64,000 nt of DNA from Eledone cirrhosa (taxonomy: Eukaryota): assembly GCA_964016885.1 (NCBI GenBank), contig OZ024742.1:324818001-324882000 (forward strand), in the 5' to 3' direction. Each line of letters starts with the position of its first letter. Positions within the stretch are counted from its first letter, which is position 1. The translations under genes were made by a program, and so were the position numbers. Shown piece by piece: positions 56,072 through 64,000 of the stretch. The notes beneath the pieces were generated by a model. It made no database searches, was not told the DNA's origin, and saw only the letters and a program-made list of their open reading frames with translations.

Positions 56072-56470
56072 TAAGGCGGTGAATTTGCAATATCGGTAGA
56101 GGGTTGGACGCCATGCTTTCTAGCATAGTTACGTCCCTTTACAGTCTGAGTTTAAATCCCGCCGAGGTTGACTTTGCCTTTCATCCTTACGGGGTCGATA
56201 AAATAAAGTACCAGTAATATACTGGATCATTGCTGGCCTTTTGCCTAAAGTAGAAACAATTATTATATTTACACTCTGGCAGTAGATTGGCAGTATCGGT
56301 AGAGGGTCTGACGCCATGCTTTGTAGCAAAGAGTTACGGCCCTTTATGGTCTGAGTTCAAATCCCGCTGAGGTTAACTTTGCCTTTCATCCTTACGGGGT
56401 CGATAAAATAAAGTAGCAGTAACGCACTGGGTAATTGCTGGCCTTGTGCCAAAAGTAGAAACAATTATAT
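56072..56470 (+). mobile_element. Two tandem tRNA-derived SINEs (main family)
   Basis: Copies at 56072-56266 and 56277-56470. TATATTTACACTCT occurs before, between and after them, like a TSD. Confidence 0.88.
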
Positions 56471-56564
56471 TTACACTCTGTTTATCTCTACACCTCGGTA
56501 CAGACGTGATTCTACGAATCGAGTGCTCACCTGGGCCAACCTATAGTAACTGCATGTCACACTT

Positions 56565-56611
<47 letters not shown>

Positions 56612-58000
56612 CTGTGTAGAGAGAGAGAGAAAGAGGGGGAGGGAGAGAGAGAGAGAAAGAGAGAGAGAGAAAAAGAGAGAGAGAGAAAGAGAGAGAGAGA
56701 TATATTATATATATATGTGTGAGTGTGTGTGTGTTGTATAAAGAAATGATGGAAAAACGAAAAGAAGAAAATGAGTATATATATGCATGAGTTTATGTAT
56801 AGGTGTATAAAAACAACAAGATTCTTAAAGAAATCGATGGTTCTGTTATTTAACAAGCAACGTTTCATCCCCTTATTCAGCAATGTCCTGGGGCTCTTCT
56901 AATTAGAACCATACGAAACAACCTTCGATTCAGAACAGATCATCTTGTCTCTCGAGGCTCACTTTATGTCTATGACGTCAGACGTACCCTCTGGCAGAAA
57001 GCAGTGTTAACACGCTGCAGTCAGAAAGCAAACGTTTCTTCAAACAAAATGTTTTAAAACAAACGAAGCGCACCTGCGCACATACTCTTACATGCATACA
57101 CATGGAACATTTGGTTTCTTATTGCTGGTAGCGAATTTTGCTGAATGATGTAAATTCTTAATAGAAATGATAGTTTCTCTTTTTCTCTTAGTTTTTCTTT
57201 TAGCTGATGTCTTCGATTTATTTTATTCATTGGTTTGTTTTTACATTGAACTGAAAGTATTTTAGTTCAAGATATTTTTGCATATATTTGATCTTAGTTG
57301 CGTTTATATCTGTTTTTAATTACATTTTACAACCCAGTAATATAAACGCTACGAAGTTTAACCGAATTTAAATTCAAGAATAACATTTTATTTGTGTTTA
57401 TTCTAGAAGTTAAAATTAATTGAGTTCCAAGCTACATTCACCTCAGATCATGCAGGTTTTTTTTTAAATTCTTGTTGGTACTTTTTCAATACACACAGAC
57501 ATATATATATGCTTGTGGGTATGTATGTATTTGTTAGCATGTATGGGATATTAAAGGTGTCGTTTCACTTGAAATATCATGCCTACTACAAAGGTAAATT
57601 GATTCTCTATGGTATTTGCTACGTTAATATTAAGAATGTACAATGGGAATCGGTAGAATAAAGTACAATTTGACTCACAATGTTTTGAAATGTGGACACG
57701 TCAAAGAAATATTTCTTTTCAGCACAACACCACGAATTAAAAAGAGGAAATGAAATGTAGTTCCGCAACCGGAAACAAGATTCCAATAGAAATATCCGTG
57801 CATTCTAACTTTATTAGTTTCAAATATAACCTTGCATTTGCAAATATCAACACACATTTATACACACGATTCTTCATTTATTAATCCAAATATTATGAAA
57901 TGTTTAATAGGAAAATTTATATTATATTGATATTTTTTTCTTGTTGAACTAAATTAAATTAGACTATCTGTTACGAGAAATCTAAGGCAGTGGATACTAT

Positions 58001-58110
58001 AGAACGGTAAATTGGCAGAGTCATTAGAACGTCGAGTAGAATGTATTCGTTCCGGCTCTCTGCTCTCTGAGTTCAAATCCCACCGAGGTGAACTTTGTCT
58101 TTCATCCTTT
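58001..58110 (+). mobile_element. SINE 5' fragment, older variant
   Basis: ttggcagagtcattag..CTGAGTTCAAATCCCACCGAGGTGAACTTTGTCTTTCATCCTT. Confidence 0.7.
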
Positions 58111-59049
58111 AGATTTACATAACAATACACTTCGTTTTTATGTACTATTTTCTGGTGCAACCTCAGCGTGTCGGCCACAAACCCTTTAGTTGATGCTCAT
58201 GACGCAGAAGTGCGAAAGATAATTAAATACCGGGCTTTGACTGACCATTTCCATTTTGTGTTGGTTTCCAGCTAGACATACTTTGTTCTCATTCCGAGAC
58301 TGCTGTGTTCCTTCGCGAGATCGGAAGGAGGGCATCTCGCCGGCGGAACGAGCCCCAACCCATTTCTTATCCTTCCAATATGTATATATTTATTTATTTT
58401 CCCTCTCCCCTTCCCCTGTTGTTATCTTTCCTTTTTCTATTTTTAAAACTAAGCAATTGAATATGAAAGTTTGAATCAACACAACTTCATGATATTTTGT
58501 CATTCACATTTCAAATACACAAACATCTAAATATCCTTTTCATTTAAATAAGTTTAGAGTAGAGAAAAACAATCTCATTAACGTTCAATTGCAAATTGTT
58601 TCAATGAGGGATTGAATTAGCTCCAAACACTTGCCGATTTATCCGTGTCTCGACTTTGTAAATCATTGTACAAATATTTGAAATATTTCATAGCAATAAA
58701 CAACTATGGTAAATTTTCGCAACAATGCTCTGCTGTTCTAAGATTTCTTTGTTTAAGCAGACTAATGGCATCAATTTATAGTCTAATTTGACCTGGCTTA
58801 TGAAATTCTGTGTAATAAATAATAATTTTTGTCTGGTTCGAATATAATAATTTGATTGTTTTCAAGATGTTTTAGAGATGCAGTCTTTTCTCTGCGATAA
58901 TATGTTTTTCTATAGCTTCGTTAAAACTACCTGTCCATGAAAATGTTAGTTTTACATATCAGTTGATAGTTTTGTTCGCCCTTTCTTCAAAGTTCCTTTC
59001 ATCTCGTACAAATTAGATCAGTCTAGTTATTCCTTAATTTTCACATAAA

Positions 59050-59363
59050 TGTTCCAAAGCTAATTCGAAGGGGCCGCTTTGATGTCAAAGAAATCTCTGG
59101 TGAAATTACAAGAATATTACATAGTGTTAAAGCAAGTGGTGCGTAATTTGCCATAGAGTCGCCAATGAGACGATGCCACATTTTAACCTCTAGAAAGCGG
59201 AGCCAGTAAGGCACAAATACCTTAAACTGACTTATATTGATATCATATTTAGGGACTCTGGGATTGAGCGTAAACACCTGGGGTTGACCACGCTGGAGAA
59301 CAGGAATTACTGGCGGGATGTTGTGAAGTCTATCTGGACTATGTTCGAAAGACGATGATGATG
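59050..59363 (+). pseudogene. RTE LINE 3' end fragment
   Basis: CHRVANE..KLTYIDIIFRDSGI..LENRNYWRDVVKSI followed by (GAT)n. Confidence 0.6.
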
Positions 59364-61113
59364 TCTTGATATCCTTTAAATTCTATCGTCATTCATTCTA
59401 TTTTGAAAACGAAATATATATAAGCTGTTTTTGCATTTTCTTCTACGTCCCCACAACATAAAACAGGCTTTAGGCGTATGATTAGTAAATAAGGTATAAC
59501 CTCGACAGTGAACTTGGATTGGTTTGATCAATGTTGATGCTTTGTTAATTTCTGTTCCCAAAGTTATTCTAAGAATAACTCTATTATCTCGGTAACGAAA
59601 GGCCTTTGGAAGTTAAGTTTTCTATACATATATATCCTATTTATAATTTCAAAATATGCATTATAATCAGTGTATAGCATGTCTTTGATTATAGTTGCGG
59701 TTTATTTGAATATGTGGGTCTGGAGTCACATATGCTGCTGTGTTGATTTGCACTCCTTCAAGGCAAACCTGAAACGTATCCAATGTCTTAAAAGAAAACT
59801 GGAGTCAGAATTATTGTCTAGGTCCCTTGAAGATGGTATACCAGCATAACCACAATCCAATATCTGCAACCAATTAATTAATGACATAAAATATTCATAA
59901 GGTTTAATGAATAAATTAATCTTGTTTTAATTATATAAGAAACATCTACATGATCAAATGTTCAAAACAATAAAATGTTAATAATTTTTAATCCTTAATC
60001 TAAAATTAAGGTCATATTGGTGAATAAGTAAATATAGTGAACATTTCAGTATTAGAAATAAAATAGGACAAGTTAACGAAGATTTTGAATATAGTGTAAA
60101 TAGAATAGTGTTCAGTAAAGAAAGCTGAAGAAATTCGTAATAGTGCCTCATATTTGAAGATGTAAAATAAGGTGTTTAAGGGAGAAAATGAAGTCCTAGC
60201 GCGACACGCCATTGATTGAAGTTGTCAGTAAAAATTAATGAAATCTAAGGATGGCGAGGGAGATGCAATAAAAGCACCAGTCAATCGTACATAACACATT
60301 TTGGGGTATGATTGATTATGTGACATGGCGGTAAACACACCGCGGGTGCTGAATAGTATGCCAACATTTTTTTCAGCAAGAATCTCCAATGTTCTATTGA
60401 TGTTGCTATGTTATAGCACCAGCTAGTAGAAAGATGATAAAAAGCTGTTTCTGTAATGTAGCAATATCAAGTTTAACAAATTTCCTCAGCTCGAATATAA
60501 ATAATTAACTTTTTTTTATAGCATGAGCGCTTTTCGAAAGTTCTACTGAGAAGACTTACATTCACCTGGCTGCATCTAATTGCTGTTTACATTATTTATT
60601 CCGTACAGTTAGATAGATAACTTGAATATAATACTTACATTGTTCTTTGTTAGATTTACCTCTAAATGAAACATTGTTTCCATTTATTAACAAAATAAAT
60701 CTACTAAGGATATGACGTCTTTTTAGATTTTAGTCGGTTGTAGTAATGTTTTAAACACTTCAAAGACAAATTGAAAATAAGGTTAATAAAATTCTTCAGC
60801 TGATAAAATGTGCTAGTCTCCAGTGTACTTTAAACAGTTCTGCTTCTGCTGGCGTAGATCTAGTTGTAGGCTGAGTGGTAGTGATGGTGATGGTGGCTTA
60901 AACTACTATACATAGTAAGAAATCAATTATAGTAGAGGAATCTTATGCCAATTTCATTGCCACTACGTCTGGTTTCATTTCATTAGATATATCTTCACTT
61001 CATTTGTTAAACAGACGATTTAGACAGGAATATAGTGTAAGAGGTATATTAGCGAGTGGATTTAATTATATCATCCATGGATTACGTCTTTTAGTTTGTT
61101 ACGTGAAATATAT

Positions 61114-61216
<103 letters not shown>

Positions 61217-62180
61217 GTATATATACATATATACATATATATATATATCTGTGTGTATGTGTGTGTGAGTGTGTGTGTGTGTGTGTTTGTGTGTGTATAT
61301 ATTTGTATGTATGTGTTCAACTCTATGCTAGTGTGTGTGTGTTTGTGTGTGTGTGTATATATTTGTATGTGTTCAACTCTATGCTAGTGCCTGTAAGAAT
61401 ATGTGTACATACAGGCACACAGTGTTATCAGTTTCAATTTTATTTCATCGGAGACAATATTCTGAACAATCAGTGAATGTTGTTCGAAATGAGAATTAAG
61501 AAATAAAAAAATGCAATGCGACTACCATCAACATTACCACCACCATCATTACCACCATCATTACATATACCATGTATTCAGCGTTAGACGTATATGAAAC
61601 ATATTGAAATAAATGTTGTTACCAGATTCGGTTTTCAAGCACTGGTTTTATTATTGCGAAAAGCTTCACTACCTAGCATGAAGTAGAAGCATAATTCAGC
61701 AGAAAAATAGTAAAAACATTCTACCGGAACAGGTAAAATACTAAGTTTGAGAAAGGAAATAAAGTGTTTCATTTTTCTTTTTCGTAAATTGTCAAAGTTC
61801 CAAGTTAATAGCAGAAAATCAATTATGTCTATATGGCGTTGTGTCGGTGTATTTAATCAATAGCTTGCAGAACATTCTTACTTTGTTTTGTTGAATTCCT
61901 CACCAGAAACTTGATATGTTCTATGTTGAGCTTGTTTTTGTTGTTGCTGTTGACGTTATTTTTGTTGTTGCTGTTGTTAGCATTGTTATTGTCAGGAAGG
62001 AGCAGACCCATGATGAACTGCAGTCCAGCTGTTACTATGCTGCCTTTTGAGGTGGTATGAATTGTATTACAATAACTAGTGTGTCCTTCATGTTTCAAGA
62101 CAGACTTTGATTTCAAAATTTCGTTATCACATTTTAAATGAAAGGTCGTCTATTGTATTTCAAATAAATTGAAAATAATC

Positions 62181-62625
62181 AATAATTGTTTCTACAATTG
62201 GCAAAGGCCAGCAATTACCTCAGTGCATTACTGGTGCTTTATTTTATCGACCCCCGTAAGGATAAATGGCAAAGTTAACCTCGACGGGATTTGAACTCAG
62301 AACGTAAAGGGCCATAACTCCATGCTGAAAAGCATGCTGTCTGACGCTCTACCAATAATCAATAATTGTTTCTACGTTTGGCACAAGGCCAGCAATTACC
62401 AAGTGAATTACTGGTACTTTATTTTATCGATCCCATAATAATTGTTTCTACTTTTTGGCACAAGGCCAGCAATTACCCAGTGCATTACTGGTACTTTATT
62501 TTATCAACCCCGTAATGATGAAAGGCAAAGTTAACCTCGGCCGGATTTGAACTCAGAATGGCAACGGCCGTAACTCTATGCGTCAAAGCATGGCGTCCGA
62601 CCCTCTACCGATACTGCCAATCCAT
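62181..62625 (-). mobile_element. Cluster of three head-to-tail SINE copies
   Basis: Copies at about 62181-62355, 62360-62434 (partial) and 62437-62625. Confidence 0.85.
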
Positions 62626-64000
62626 CGACCCCATAATAATGTCAGATATTTAGTAAAATAATTAAGGTTTATGCTGTTAAGATGGGGTTAAGGAGGTTTC
62701 TTACGTAACATTATTATGGCGGATAAATATAAACACTTAAATATAAGCAATATCATTTGGTAGAAAATAGGGACCGTTAAAGGTGTTTTATTATGAGATA
62801 TGCCCATTATATTTACGAGGTCGAATTAGCAAACAGAAGACCATTCTCTGTATTATTTGTTTATGACCACGTCTCTGCCAGGCATCCATTGAATATTTCA
62901 GTTCATCCAGGTCTCCATTTGTAATTTATATACATTTTTCAGTTTATAGCGTTTAGCAATTTCTTTTTATTTCAATGCCTACACATTTTCTGGGCTTTTG
63001 GCATGGCAAAATATTTAAACAAATTTTTATGTGCAGTGATAAATTTTGCAATACGCATTTATCTGGAATCTACCATGATGAAAATATATTTGATCTTGGA
63101 AATAGGGATTTATAACATATGTCTATAATCGTTGGAGTTATACATTCATAATTAAAGCGAGAAACTACTACAACAATGGTTTAAGCATATAGGAAAATAG
63201 TTCAGTGAATATTCACGAATTTACCACATGAATTACTATTTTGTCAAATGTAAAAGGCAGTGATCATGATAGTTGCACACTTCTGAATACCGGAGATGCC
63301 ACAAACGTTGGAATGCTGGTTCGTCTTTATAGGTATAACATTGACAGAGATATAGTTAACGCATGCAGTTTCAGGAAATAAAGAAGGGTATATTTGATAT
63401 ATTTAGTGTGTGTATAGCTTTAACAAGATATGGTATGTAATATTAAAGAGTGTTTAACCAATGCTCCGTACGTTTCAAGTTAGTTTAAAGAAGCAGAAGC
63501 AATTTTATTTACGGCAGGAATAATATAGAAATGAAACTCTACATAGAGATAGCGAAAGCATATTGGGGAGTTGGTAATTTTCTTTTATCAGGTTAAATAT
63601 CCTACCGTCTATGTCAGAATTAGCGGCTGAGATTGGGGGATACACGGTTGTATAGTTAAAAATACTGCTACTCGACCACATATCTTGTGTTGGGTATCAC
63701 GGTTTGCTCATTGGACACCATTTACCATAGCCTTGGTTTGGTCAATGGTTTGTGACTGAAATTTTGCAAGTAGAAACTGCATTGAAGCCATGGGAAGCAT
63801 AGCCTATATGATCTGGCCATTTTAATATCATCACTTGTCAAGTGAGTGTCTTTAGCAAAATTTAGTCAATTGCAAGAATTGCAACGATAATTCTACGTTT
63901 CTTCTCAACAATCTTGTACGACCTGAAAAGGGAAATGAGTTATATCTTTCCCTAGTAAGCAATGTCAAATATTTAATACTTTTAAAGCAGAGTATATATT

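Noticed and set aside
56072-56170. tRNA gene
   Set aside because: An A/B-box-like head continues into a multi-copy SINE body, and no clean cloverleaf was found.
56973-56980. CRE site TGACGTCA
   Set aside because: A single 8-mer in 64 kb is expected by chance, and there is no linked gene.

Overview
AT-rich, microsatellite-saturated animal DNA with no recognisable host gene. The SINE and LINE content resembles octopus or another cephalopod (inference). Most ORF-track entries are (TA)n/(CA)n/(TG)n translation artefacts. Recognisable transposons: a near full-length L1/Tx1-type LINE (about 43110-48860) with (ATCT)n on both sides plus a 3' fragment, two Penelope-like (PLE) RT/GIY-YIG remnants, a DD37D Tc1/mariner with TIRs, a decayed mariner, RTE, R4/Dong and possible Merlin fragments, and many tRNA-derived SINEs. 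The main unexplained signal is a set of short islands between (TA)n tracts. They form fold-back or tandem structures and carry about 19 type I hammerhead ribozyme (HHR) motifs from at least 9 unrelated sequence families, often one on each strand. The best candidate is a 99%-identical 1.8-mer of a 483-nt unit with two intact HHRs (33434-34302), which looks like a retrozyme or circular-RNA-derived insert. All folds and alignments were done by eye.
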